Source: Lysobacterales bacterium
GTDB taxonomy: Bacteria > Pseudomonadota > Gammaproteobacteria > Xanthomonadales > Xanthomonadaceae
DNA length: 64,000 nt
Direction: 5' to 3'
Assembly: GCA_038323475.1 (NCBI GenBank)
Contig: JBBQHA010000001.1
Location: 720-64,719 of the forward strand
Part shown: piece by piece, positions 8,541 to 18,003 of the stretch
Layout of the letters: every line of letters starts with the position of its first letter
How positions within the stretch are numbered: the stretch's first letter is position 1
The notes under the pieces: model-generated
What the model was told of the DNA's origin: nothing
Seen by the model: only the letters and a program-made list of their open reading frames with translations
Database searches by the model: none
Translations under genes and position numbers: made by a program

Positions 8541-10775
8541 ATGACCCACCAAGACAAGACAGCCCCTTCGGACCGTCCGTTGTTGCGCGCAGCCCACGCC
8601 GCGGTCGAACAGGGCGACCTGCGACGCGCCAACGCCTTGTTCCTGGAACATCTGGAGCACACGCGCGACGATCCGGCCGGGCTTGCCGACTACGGCAATT
8701 TCTGCCTGCGCACCGGACGTCCCGAGCCGGCCTGCTATCTGCTTTACAAGGCCGGCAAGCTGATCCCCCGCAATGCGGGACTGTTGAGCGAACTCGGCCA
8801 CGCCAAGCTGGAAGCGCAGGATCCGCAAGGCGCCCGCCGAAGCTTCGGCGAGGCCCTCACGCTCGATCCCGCGAACGCCGCCGCGAACTACGGCATCGCG
8901 CTCTGCCACCAGCAGATGGAAGCCTGGCCGGAAGCCGCCGCCGCGTTCGAACGAGCGCTCGCGGCGCAGCCCGACACCCTGCCCATTCTGCTCAGTCTTG
9001 CCGACGCCCTCCATCGCATCGGCGATACGGGCAATGCCGCCATCCGCTTCGCGCAGGCCGAGCGCCTCGCACCCGATGATCCGGCGATGCTGCTGGAATA
9101 CGGCAAGTTCCTGCGCGATACCGGATCGATCTGGGAAGCGCTGCTGCGCCTGGACCGCTGCGCGCGCGAGCATCCGGACGAACCGCCCGTGCTGCTGGAA
9201 ACGGCACGCTGCATGCACGCGATGGACGAGCCCCAGAGTGCGATGCTGATGTTGGACAAGCTCTACAGATTGGCGCCGAACATGCCCGAATGCGTCGAGG
9301 AATACGGCAACTGCCTCGCATCCGTGGACGATGCCGCCGAGCGCGACCGACATTGGGGCGTGGCGTGCAGCCTGTGGATGGATGCAGAACGATTCGACGC
9401 CGCGTCTGCGCTGCTGGAAAAAATGCTGGCCGCCAATCCCGGCAATGCGCGCGCGTGGAACTCGAAAGGACTGCTGCACGACAAGCAACTGGACTTCGAA
9501 CTGGCCGAGGCCGCATTCCTTCGGGCCATCGAAATCGATCTCGGCCTGCTGGATCCCTACGCCAACCTCGGCAACATTTACGAACACAGAAACCGGCTGA
9601 CCGAAGCCAGGTCGTTGGCCGACTCCGGCTTGCACCTCGCCGCCGCGCATGCAGCCACGAGGCATGCCGCCGTGCCTAGCCTGCATCTGCTCCGCGCCCG
9701 GATCGCGCGGCGAGAAAAGCAATACGCGCTCGGCCTCGAGCACCTGGACGCCGCCGCGAATCTGCCGAAAACCAATCTCGAGCAACAGGCGGAACTGTTC
9801 GAGCGCGCCAAGCTATTCGACCTGCTCGATGATGTCGATGCCGCGGTGGCGACCTTCGACCGCGCGAATGCACTCGCGCTCTCCGAACTGGGCGCGCCGG
9901 ACCCGCAGGGCAACAAGTTCCTGCGCGGCATCGAATACATGATCGACCTCGCCGGCAAGGGCTGGCTGCGGACCTGGCGCAAGCCCGCTCCCGATCCCGC
10001 CGGTCCCACGCCGGCCTTCCTGGTCGGCTTCCCGCGGTCGGGGACGACGCTGCTGAACACGGTGTTGTACAGCCACAGCTCGATCCAGTTCATCGAGGAA
10101 AAGCAGACCATCGCGAAAATCCTCGGCGCGATGCGGCAGATGCCGAAGAGCTATCCGCACGCGATGCCCGAATGCGACGAACTGGACGTCGCCTACCTGC
10201 GCGAGGCGTACTGGAAGGCGGCCGCCGAGTACTGCGACCTCGATCCGGCGAAGCTGCTGATGGACAAGTTCCCGCTGCACCTCACCACCGCCGGGCTGAT
10301 CCACCTCACGTTCCCGCGCGCGCGGTTCCTGTTCGCCCTGCGCCATCCCTGCGACGCCGTGCTCAGCTGTTTCATGCAGAACTTCAAGCTCAACGATGCG
10401 ATGGCGAACTTCTGCACGCTCGGCGAGACGGTCGCGCTGTACGCGAAGACGATGGACATCTGGCAGATGTACCGTGACCAGCTGCCGTTGAACGTGCACA
10501 CCATCCGCTACGAGGACGTCGTCGACGACTTCGACGGCCAGGTGCGCGCGCTCTGCGAATTCCTGCAGGTTCCCTGGGAAGAAGGGCTGCGGGAGTTCTC
10601 GAGCCGCGCACTGGATCGCGGACGCATCAACACCCCGAGCTACGAACAGGTCAGCAAGCCGATCTATCGCGAGGCGCGTTACCGCTGGGAACGCTACCGC
10701 AAACATCTCGAACCGTTCCTGCCTGCGCTGCAGCCGTACATCGAACGCTTCGGCTACACCGCATCGTCCGCATGA
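8541..10775 (+). CDS. TPR-repeat sulfotransferase family protein (paralog 1)
   Basis: N-terminal TPR-like units of about 430 aa. C-terminal sulfotransferase fold with a PAPS 5-prime-phosphosulfate loop FLVGFPRSGTTLLNTVL and a 3-prime-phosphate motif FALRHPCDAVLSCF. Start set at MTHQDK (ATG 8541). Confidence 0.8.
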   Translation: MTHQDKTAPSDRPLLRAAHAAVEQGDLRRANALFLEHLEHTRDDPAGLADYGNFCLRTGRPEPACYLLYKAGKLIPRNAGLLSELGHAKLEAQDPQGARRSFGEALTLDPANAAANYGIALCHQQMEAWPEAAAAFERALAAQPDTLPILLSLADALHRIGDTGNAAIRFAQAERLAPDDPAMLLEYGKFLRDTGSIWEALLRLDRCAREHPDEPPVLLETARCMHAMDEPQSAMLMLDKLYRLAPNMPECVEEYGNCLASVDDAAERDRHWGVACSLWMDAERFDAASALLEKMLAANPGNARAWNSKGLLHDKQLDFELAEAAFLRAIEIDLGLLDPYANLGNIYEHRNRLTEARSLADSGLHLAAAHAATRHAAVPSLHLLRARIARREKQYALGLEHLDAAANLPKTNLEQQAELFERAKLFDLLDDVDAAVATFDRANALALSELGAPDPQGNKFLRGIEYMIDLAGKGWLRTWRKPAPDPAGPTPAFLVGFPRSGTTLLNTVLYSHSSIQFIEEKQTIAKILGAMRQMPKSYPHAMPECDELDVAYLREAYWKAAAEYCDLDPAKLLMDKFPLHLTTAGLIHLTFPRARFLFALRHPCDAVLSCFMQNFKLNDAMANFCTLGETVALYAKTMDIWQMYRDQLPLNVHTIRYEDVVDDFDGQVRALCEFLQVPWEEGLREFSSRALDRGRINTPSYEQVSKPIYREARYRWERYRKHLEPFLPALQPYIERFGYTASSA

Positions 10776-10791
10776 GTCCGGCGCGCCGTCA

Positions 10792-13014
10792 ATGAGCCCG
10801 TCCGATCCCGGCGACCGCCCTCTGTTGCGCGCCGCGCGTGCCGAAATCGAACGCCGCGATTACCAGCGCGCCGAAGCGCTGTTCCTGCAGCACGTCGCGC
10901 AGGCACGCGACGACGCGATCGGGTTGGCCGAGTACGGCATCTTCTGCCTGCGCAGCGGTCGCGCGGATTCCGCGTGCTATCTCCTGGACAAGGCGAATAC
11001 GCTGCAAGCCGGGCACCACGAATGGTTGAGCCATTCGGGCTACGCGTGCCTGGAGCAGCAGGCTTTCGAAGCCGCCCGGAGGAATTTCGAAGCTGCGCTC
11101 GCGTGCGTACCCGGAAACGCGCAGGCGAGCTACGGACTGGGCCTGTGCCACGAACATGCGGGCGCGTGGCCGGATGCGATCGCCGCGTTCGCCGGCACGC
11201 TGTCCGAACCGGGCGAAGCGCTTCCGGTCCTGCTGCACCTGGCCGATTCCTGCCACCGGGCCGGCGAACACGCGCAGGCGCGCCAGCACTACGAACATGC
11301 GCAGCGCGAAGCCCCTGACCACCCCGCATTGCTGCTCGCTTTCGGCACGTTCCTGCGCGAGCAGGGCGAGCCGGCGCGAGCGATGGCCATGATCGATCGC
11401 TGCGGCGCGATGCATCCGGACGAACCCAGGATCGTCCTCGAAAAAGCGCGCTGCCTGCGTGCGCTCGACGATGCGACGCATGCGTTGCGCTGGCTCGACA
11501 GACTCGAAAAGCTCTCGCCGGGCAAGCCGGAGACCAGCGCGGAACTGGGCGATTGCCTTGCGCATGCCGGCAGCATCGCGCTCGCGAACGCGCATTGGCT
11601 GCGGGCGATCGATCTGTGGGTCGCGGCCGGGGAACTTGCGGTGGCGGAGTCGCAGATCGAGCGCATGCTCAAGCGCGATCCGGACAATGCGGCATCCTGG
11701 AATGCGCGCGGAAACCTGGAGCGTGCCAAGCACGATTACGTCGCTGCCGAGGCCGCCTGGCGCAAGGCGCTGGGCCTGGAACCGGCGCGTCTGGATGCGT
11801 CCGCGGGCCTTGCCCTCGTGTACGAGAGCACCAACCGCGTCGTCGAAGCGAAGGCGATCGCGGAACGCGCCGCGACGGCGATCGGCAGCGGACGCGGCCA
11901 GCACGGGGCGATCGAGCTGCTGTTCGTGCTGGGCAAGACGTTGCGCCGCACGCACGATCTCGCTGGCGCGATGCGCGCGCTGGATCGGATCGATGCGCTC
12001 GCCCCGAACGAGACGCAGCGCATGGCCGCGAGCATGGAGCGCGGCAAGCTGCTCGACCTGCTCGACGACGCGCCCGGCGCGATGGCCGCCTTCGCGACCG
12101 GCAATGCGATCACGAGCGCGCGCTGGTTGCGCGGCAATCCCGGCCGCAACAAATACCTCGCCGGCGTCGACTACATGCTCGAGGCGATGCGCAGCGACTG
12201 GATACAGCGATGGAAGCCCATCGAACGCCTGTCGGAACATCCGAAGGTCGCCTTCCTGGTCGGCTTCCCGCGCTCCGGAACGACCCTGCTGAACCAGGTC
12301 CTCGACGGCCATCCGTCGATCCAGACGATCGAGGAAAAACCATCCGCATCGAAGATCACGGCGGGCCTGCGCGCGATGCCCGGGGGCTATCCGCACGCGC
12401 TCGCGGATCTCGACGCGTTCGACGTGACCTGGCTGCGCGACGCGTATTTCAGGTCGGCCGCCGAACACGGCGCGAGCGACCGCAGCAAACTGCTGCTCGA
12501 CAAGTTCCCGATGAACACTGCGCTCGCCGGGATGCTGCACCGGGTGTTGCCGCGGGCGCGCTTCGTGTTCGCGCTGCGGCATCCCTGCGACGTCGTGTTG
12601 AGTTGCTTCATGCAGAACTTCGAGCTCAACAACACGATGGCGAATTTCTGCACGCTCGCCGATACGGTGGCGCTGTACACGCGCACGATGGATCTCTGGC
12701 AGGCCTGGCGCGACGCGTTGCCGCTGGACGTGCACACGGTGCGCTACGAGGACGTCGTCGAGGACTTCGATGGGCAGGTGCGCGCCCTGTGCGATTTCCT
12801 CGGCGTGCCCTGGCAGGACGACCTGCGCGATTTCTCCGCCCGGGCGCTCGAACGCGGCAGGATCAATACGCCGAGCTACGAACAGGTCAGCCGGCCGATC
12901 TACCGCGAGGCGCTGTACCGCTGGCAACGCTACCGCGAATACCTCGAACCGTTCCTGCCCGCGCTGCAGCCGTACATCGATCGCTTCGGTTACTCCGATT
13001 CCCCGGCCTCGTGA
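10792..13014 (+). CDS. TPR-repeat sulfotransferase family protein (paralog 2)
   Basis: Same architecture as the upstream gene: FLVGFPRSGTTLLNQVL, FALRHPCDVVLSCFMQNFELN, VHTVRYEDVVEDFDGQVRALCDFL, GRINTPSYEQVSRPIYREA. Begins 17 nt after paralog 1. Confidence 0.8.
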   Translation: MSPSDPGDRPLLRAARAEIERRDYQRAEALFLQHVAQARDDAIGLAEYGIFCLRSGRADSACYLLDKANTLQAGHHEWLSHSGYACLEQQAFEAARRNFEAALACVPGNAQASYGLGLCHEHAGAWPDAIAAFAGTLSEPGEALPVLLHLADSCHRAGEHAQARQHYEHAQREAPDHPALLLAFGTFLREQGEPARAMAMIDRCGAMHPDEPRIVLEKARCLRALDDATHALRWLDRLEKLSPGKPETSAELGDCLAHAGSIALANAHWLRAIDLWVAAGELAVAESQIERMLKRDPDNAASWNARGNLERAKHDYVAAEAAWRKALGLEPARLDASAGLALVYESTNRVVEAKAIAERAATAIGSGRGQHGAIELLFVLGKTLRRTHDLAGAMRALDRIDALAPNETQRMAASMERGKLLDLLDDAPGAMAAFATGNAITSARWLRGNPGRNKYLAGVDYMLEAMRSDWIQRWKPIERLSEHPKVAFLVGFPRSGTTLLNQVLDGHPSIQTIEEKPSASKITAGLRAMPGGYPHALADLDAFDVTWLRDAYFRSAAEHGASDRSKLLLDKFPMNTALAGMLHRVLPRARFVFALRHPCDVVLSCFMQNFELNNTMANFCTLADTVALYTRTMDLWQAWRDALPLDVHTVRYEDVVEDFDGQVRALCDFLGVPWQDDLRDFSARALERGRINTPSYEQVSRPIYREALYRWQRYREYLEPFLPALQPYIDRFGYSDSPAS

Positions 13015-13158
13015 TCCTGGGTGAAACCAGGATGAGGGCCGACGCTCGCAGTCTTCGGTCTGCCATTCGGTGCATCGTCACGGCGCAATCAAGGGCGTTG
13101 ATGCAGCCCGGATGAAATCCGGGGAGTCCTTCGAATGGAGCCCCGCATTGCATGCGGG

Positions 13159-13791
13159 CTACGCGAGCAAGCCGGGCAACTCTCCCGGCATTGCGCACAA
13201 ACGCGTCGCGTCGCGCAATTCATCCGCCTCGCCGAAGCCCCACAGCACGCCGACCGATCGCATGCGGTGATGGCGCGCGCCGTCGATGTCCATGTGGCGG
13301 TCGCCGATCATCCAGCAATCGCCAGGATCGACGCGAAGGCGCTCCAGCGCTGCCGCGATCAGTTCTGGCTTCTCGCCAATGCGTCCATCGCTGGTCGCTC
13401 CGGAGACGGTCTCGAACAGGGCGCCGAACGGCAGGTGATCGACGATGCGTTGCGCATGCGGCTGGTTTTTCGCGGTCACCACCGCGAGGCGATGGCCGCC
13501 CGCGTGCAAGGCGAGCACGGCCTGTTCGATGCCTGGGTAGATCGTGTGCTCGGACCAGCCGATCGCATCGAAACGCTCGCGATACAGTTCCACCGCGCGC
13601 TCGGTACGCGCGGCATCGCCGAGCAACGGACCGAAGCTCGTCCGCAATGGCGGGCCGATCCAGCGCCGCAACGCTTGCATATCCGGCACCGGCTCGCCGA
13701 GCCGTTCGAGCGAATGCGCGACGCAGCGAGCGATGCCGACGGCCGAATCGATCAGGGTTCCATCGAGGTCGAAGAACAACGTGTCGCGCAT
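13159..13791 (-). CDS. HAD-superfamily hydrolase (phosphoglycolate phosphatase-like)
   Basis: Start at MRDTLFFDLDGTLIDS (HAD motif I DxDGT; ATG at 13789-13791). Also VVTAKN and MIGDRHMDIDGA (motif III-like). Lies 4 nt downstream of pgk on the same strand. Confidence 0.8.
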   Translation of the reverse strand: MRDTLFFDLDGTLIDSAVGIARCVAHSLERLGEPVPDMQALRRWIGPPLRTSFGPLLGDAARTERAVELYRERFDAIGWSEHTIYPGIEQAVLALHAGGHRLAVVTAKNQPHAQRIVDHLPFGALFETVSGATSDGRIGEKPELIAAALERLRVDPGDCWMIGDRHMDIDGARHHRMRSVGVLWGFGEADELRDATRLCAMPGELPGLLA

Positions 13792-13795
13792 CGCC

Positions 13796-14974
13796 TCAGG
13801 CCACCGCACGCGCCTTGAGCGCGGCGACCGCCGGCAATTCCTTGCCTTCGAGGAATTCGAGGAAGGCGCCGCCGCCGGTGGAGATGTAGGACACCTTGTC
13901 GGCGATGCCGTACTTGTCGACCGCGGCGAGCGTATCGCCTCCGCCCGCGATCGAGAACGCCTGCGAATCCGCGATCGCATGCGCGAGCGTTTCGGTGCCG
14001 TGGCCGAACGCGTCGAACTCGAACACGCCGACCGGCCCGTTCCACACGACAGTGCCGGCGTCGCGGATCAATGCGGCGTAGCGCGCGCTGGTCTCCGGAC
14101 CGATGTCGAGGATCATGTCGTCGGCGCCGACATCGGCAATGCGCTTGACCGTCGCCGGCGCATCGGCAGCGAATGCCGGCGCGACCACGACGTCGGTCGG
14201 GATCGGGATCTCGGCGCCGCGCGCTTTCGCATCCGCGATGATGTTGCGCGCGGTATCGAGCAGGTCGCGCTCGCACAGCGACTTGCCGACCGGATGGCCG
14301 AGCGCGGCGAGAAAGGTGTTGGCGATACCGCCGCCGACGATGAGTTGGTCGACCTTCGACACCAGGCTGGTCAGCAGTTCGAGTTTCGTCGACACCTTCG
14401 AACCCGCGACGATCGCGAGCAACGGACGCGCAGGTTCGTGCAGGGCCTTGCCGAGCGCATCGAGTTCGGCCATCAGCAGCGGCCCGCCGCACGCGATCGG
14501 GGCCTGCCGGATCACGCCGTGGGTCGAGGCCTGCGCGCGGTGCGCGGTGCCGAACGCATCCATCACGAACACGTCGCACAACGCCGCGTATTTCTTCGAC
14601 AGCGCCTCGTCGTCCTTGCCCTCGCCGACATTCATGCGGCAGTTCTCGAGCAGGGTCAGGCTTTCCGGCGCGACATCGACGCCATCGACCCAGTCCTTCA
14701 CCAGCGGTACGTCGATGCCGAGCATTTCCGACAGGCGTTGCGCGACCGGCGCGAGCGAATCCGCCTCGCTCCACACGCCTTCCTTCGGCCGGCCGAGGTG
14801 CGACATCACCAGCACGGTCGCGCGATTGGCGAGAGCGTGCTTGAGTGTCGGCAGCGAAGCCGCGATGCGCTGTTCGGAGGTGATGCGGCCGTTGTCTAGC
14901 GGCACGTTCAGGTCCTGCCGGATCAGTACGCGCGTGCCCTTCAGATCGAGGTCGGTCATGCGCAGGATGGTCAT
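13796..14974 (-). CDS. pgk: phosphoglycerate kinase
   Basis: 392 aa with [45 protein letters not shown] and [14 protein letters not shown] motifs. Confidence 0.95.
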   Translation of the reverse strand: MTILRMTDLDLKGTRVLIRQDLNVPLDNGRITSEQRIAASLPTLKHALANRATVLVMSHLGRPKEGVWSEADSLAPVAQRLSEMLGIDVPLVKDWVDGVDVAPESLTLLENCRMNVGEGKDDEALSKKYAALCDVFVMDAFGTAHRAQASTHGVIRQAPIACGGPLLMAELDALGKALHEPARPLLAIVAGSKVSTKLELLTSLVSKVDQLIVGGGIANTFLAALGHPVGKSLCERDLLDTARNIIADAKARGAEIPIPTDVVVAPAFAADAPATVKRIADVGADDMILDIGPETSARYAALIRDAGTVVWNGPVGVFEFDAFGHGTETLAHAIADSQAFSIAGGGDTLAAVDKYGIADKVSYISTGGGAFLEFLEGKELPAVAALKARAVA

Positions 14975-15183
14975 ATTGGAAGGCTCCGGATCGCCGAAAG
15001 ACGCCTATTGTCCCCTGCCCGGCCCGTGCGCGACAAACCGCGCGAGGAAATCCGCGAATGCAGCGTGCGCAGGCCCGGCATGCGCGCGCCGCGACCAGCG
15101 ACAATCGGCTCGATCGGGTTCGATCGACCGGATGGCGATGGACGTCGGACTTTGCCTGCTCGTTTCCCGCGGACCGTTGTGGC

Positions 15184-15579
15184 CTAGGAGGAAATCTGGT
15201 TGCTGTCGATGCGTCGCACGGGGGCGGCTGGCACTGGAACCGATGGGGGCGGCAAGATCGCCAACCTGGCATGGCTGCGCACAGGCGCGACCGGAGCGGC
15301 ATTGCGGCCCTTGGTCAACACCCTGGACAGGCGCTTGAGGGTCATGATGAATCCGCGCCCTGCGATGACTTTCGGAGTCTCGATCGCTTCGGCGGTCGGA
15401 TCGCCATCCGATCCCCGCCACGACTGCACGCGGTCGACGTCGTAGTCGGCCCAGCGCGAGTGGAAGATGCCGTTGGCGAAGGTTCCGTGGATCGCCTGCT
15501 TGCGATCTTCGAGCATGAACTCGATCGGCTCACCCGTGTAGGGCAGGAAGGTCGAGCTGAAGATCCATTTCGTTTGCAT
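15184..15579 (-). CDS. hypothetical protein
   Basis: ORF 15184..15609, trimmed to MQTKWIFSSTFLPYTGEPIEFMLEDRKQAIHGTF. No recognisable family. The coding call rests only on ORF length and codon bias. Confidence 0.4.
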   Translation of the reverse strand: MQTKWIFSSTFLPYTGEPIEFMLEDRKQAIHGTFANGIFHSRWADYDVDRVQSWRGSDGDPTAEAIETPKVIAGRGFIMTLKRLSRVLTKGRNAAPVAPVRSHARLAILPPPSVPVPAAPVRRIDSNQISS

Positions 15580-15728
15580 GACGCGGCTCCCCGCCAGCGA
15601 CGCGCGCATCCCGCGCGCGAGGCGGTCGCGTCCTTGCGACCATTCGCTAGATCCTTGCGTGGCCCCGTCCCTAGGGCACAGCTTCCAGATCCTTCATCGC
15701 AATGGTGTGCGTTCTATCGGAAGCGGTC

Positions 15729-15744
15729 TGTCTGCCAGCGTACA
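15729..15744 (+). promoter_or_regulatory. CRP/FNR-like 16-bp box A (TGTCTGCCAGCGTACA)
   Basis: Imperfect 5-6-5 dyad, 14/16 identical to box E. Lies in the gap between the hypothetical gene start and the stop of Crp paralog 1. Confidence 0.4.
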
Positions 15745-15763
15745 TAGGCCGGAGTTGCAGCTA

Positions 15764-16480
15764 TCAGCAGCCGAGTAAGCTCGTGTAGGCGTCGCGATCG
15801 ATGCGGTAGCAGGCGCAGGAAACCGCTTCCAGGCCGGAGCGGTCGAGGATCGTGATCGTGCCGCGCGTGTAGCTGATCAGGCCTCTGTCCTGCAGCGCAC
15901 CTGCGGCCTTGGTGATTCCGACGCGGCGCATCCCGAGCATGTAACCGAGGAATTCCTGGGTCAGGTGGAAGGTGTCGCTGGACGAGCGGTCGTGGGTCAT
16001 CAGCAGCCAGCGCGCGACCCGCGCCTCGAGCAGGTGGAAACGCGTGCACGCGCCGGCCTGCGCCATCTGCGACATCAGCACATACACGTAGCGATCCAGC
16101 AGGCGCCGCAACGACGCATTGCGCGCGAGTTCGCGCCGGAACGCGGTGGCGTCCATGCGCAATGCCGAGCCCGCACCTTGCACGAGCGCGCGTTGCGGCG
16201 CGACGTCGACACCCAGCACCAGCGAAATGCCATGCATGCCCTCGCAACCGACCATGCCCACCTCGAAGCCGGCCTGGTGGTCGATCGGCGTGATCAGCGA
16301 GATGAAGCTTCCGATCGGGAAATACACATGATCGATGCGGTCGCCGCGTTCGCAGAGCACATCGGACTCGACGAGGTCCACCTCGTCGCAATGGGCGATC
16401 AATCGTTGCCGGTCGACATGCGGCAGGCGGGCGAGCAGGTGGTTCGCGGGAACCGGGGGCGCATTGGCGCGCAATGACAT
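15764..16480 (-). CDS. Crp/Fnr family transcriptional regulator (paralog 1)
   Basis: Start trimmed to MSLRANAPP (ATG at 16478-16480). cNMP-binding-like beta-roll (DHVYFPIGSFISL, GMVGCEGMHG), C-terminal HTH LTQEFLGYMLGMRRVGITKAAGALQDRGLISYTRGTITILDR, then the tail SCACY. Confidence 0.8.
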   Translation of the reverse strand: MSLRANAPPVPANHLLARLPHVDRQRLIAHCDEVDLVESDVLCERGDRIDHVYFPIGSFISLITPIDHQAGFEVGMVGCEGMHGISLVLGVDVAPQRALVQGAGSALRMDATAFRRELARNASLRRLLDRYVYVLMSQMAQAGACTRFHLLEARVARWLLMTHDRSSSDTFHLTQEFLGYMLGMRRVGITKAAGALQDRGLISYTRGTITILDRSGLEAVSCACYRIDRDAYTSLLGC

Positions 16481-16658
16481 GATGGACGGCCTGTGGTGGC
16501 GTTGGAGAACCCAACGGCCGGCACAAGGAGGATTCCATTCCAAATGTCGGATCAGCGGTGAATGAACGCACGATGCGTCCGGGACGACTATACACACTCC
16601 GAACTTCACGAAAATCGTGCGCAGCGCTTCCATTCATCTTCAACAACGCGATGCGGAC

Positions 16659-17399
16659 TCAAGCAGGCGTGAGTGGATTCGCGCTCGCCGTCGTGTCCCA
16701 CGGCAGCAGGCGCATGTATTCGCTGCGCACCGCCTCGTAGCATTCGCAGGCCAGTCTTTCCAGTTGCACACGGTCGAGCACGGTGATGCGGCCGCGCTGG
16801 TAGCGGATCGCACCCGCCTGCTGCAGCTTTCCGGCTGCTTCGGTCACGCCCTCGCGGCGCACGCCGAGCATGTTGGCGATGAGCTCCTGGGTCATGCTCA
16901 AGTCGCTGCCCGGCAAACGATCGATGCTCATCAGCAGCCAGCGGCATAGCTGCTGGTCCAGATTGTGGTGGCGATTGCATACCGCGGTCTGGCCGATCTG
17001 CATCATCAGGGCCTGGCTGTAACGCAGCAGGATCTGCTGGGCGGCTCCGGCACGCTCGAATTCCTTGCGCAGGTCGCGCGCCTGCATGCGCATCGCGACC
17101 CCGGCGGCCTGCACGATCGCGCGGTGTGGGGACTTGCTGCCACCAGTGATCACCGGCATCCCGACGAGGCCGTCGTTTCCGATGATCGCGACTTCGGCGG
17201 TGTCGCCGTCCTCCAGCACGTAGAGCAGCGACACCACGCAATCGATCGGGAAATACACCTGCGTCTGCGAAGCACCCGCTTCATGGACCACCATCCCGAG
17301 CGGCATCGGCACCGGCTCCAGGTACGCGGCGAGGCGCTCGCGCTCGTCGGCCCGGATCGAGTCGAGAATGTGGTTGGATTTCCTGCCGTTCTTGAACAC
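16659..17399 (-). CDS. Crp/Fnr family transcriptional regulator (paralog 2)
   Basis: 246 aa: QVYFPIDCVVSLLYVLEDGDTAEVAIIGNDGLVG, TAVCNRHHNLDQQLCRWLLMSIDRL, HTH MTQELIANMLGVRREGVTEAAGKLQQAG, GRITVLDR, ACECY. Confidence 0.85.
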   Translation of the reverse strand: MFKNGRKSNHILDSIRADERERLAAYLEPVPMPLGMVVHEAGASQTQVYFPIDCVVSLLYVLEDGDTAEVAIIGNDGLVGMPVITGGSKSPHRAIVQAAGVAMRMQARDLRKEFERAGAAQQILLRYSQALMMQIGQTAVCNRHHNLDQQLCRWLLMSIDRLPGSDLSMTQELIANMLGVRREGVTEAAGKLQQAGAIRYQRGRITVLDRVQLERLACECYEAVRSEYMRLLPWDTTASANPLTPA

Positions 17400-17486
17400 G
17401 AAAACACCCGCATGCGAATGGAGGTCGGGGACCAGAACGGCAAGACCCCTTGGTACCGAAGTTTATCTGCGGATTTCGGCCTGCTA

Positions 17487-17502
17487 TGTACGCTGACGCA
17501 CA
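17487..17502 (-). promoter_or_regulatory. CRP/FNR-like 16-bp box B (reverse strand TGTGCGTCAGCGTACA)
   Basis: 15/16 identical to box E. Lies 88-103 nt upstream of the Crp paralog 2 start. A -10-like TAAACT (17460-17465, reverse strand) sits 22-27 nt past the box on the gene side, which is class II CRP promoter geometry. Confidence 0.5.
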
Positions 17503-17919
17503 TAACCGATTTTCGTTTCGTGCATGCTCAGCGCCCCTGCACGAAGCGGCAGCATTCGACGCGTTCGCACCGACCACAGCGCAGGATATTGCGCACGGGA
17601 GACCCGCTCCGGCGGCAAGCAGCAACCAGATGATTTCCCGACGCGCACGCCATGTCGTCCGCGCGCGCCACTACGCGAATGCGCCAGTACGGCCGTTGTG
17701 ACCTCGCTGGAGCCGACAATGATCCTGGCAATGGGCGACGTGGTGCCGATGATCGCGCTCGCGATCCGGCTGCCGATCGCGCAGATGAACCAGCGGGTGC
17801 GCTGAGGGAATAAGGGCGCCTGCAGGCCAGGCATGGCTCCTCTGGCTTTGCCGCTCAGCGCGCCATCGTGAATCGAATCGTCCAGGTCATTAAGCTTGGC
17901 TCTCTGATCGGCCACTCTG

Positions 17920-17935
17920 CGTACGCTAACGCACG
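17920..17935 (-). promoter_or_regulatory. CRP/FNR-like 16-bp box C (reverse strand CGTGCGTTAGCGTACG)
   Basis: 13/16 identical to box B. Lies upstream of the GT2 synthase gene. A -10-like GAAAAT at 17957-17962 sits 22-27 nt past the box toward the gene. Confidence 0.45.
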
Positions 17936-18003
17936 GTGGCGCCCTTCCTGCGCCCCGAAAATGGCCGACCGCGACAAGGCCGCGATACGTCGACTGCGCA
18001 TGC

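Noticed and set aside
8424-12927. Minus-strand ORFs 8424..9785 (453 aa), 9813..10706 and 10789..12927 (712 aa), plus plus-strand 11553..13115.
   Set aside because: Shadows of the two TPR-sulfotransferase genes. Only the annotated frames carry the PAPS-binding motifs.
13544-15338. ORFs 13544..14899 (+), 13752..15302 (-, 516 aa) and 14103..15338 (+) overlapping pgk.
   Set aside because: The pgk frame is unambiguous. The others are low-complexity shadow frames.
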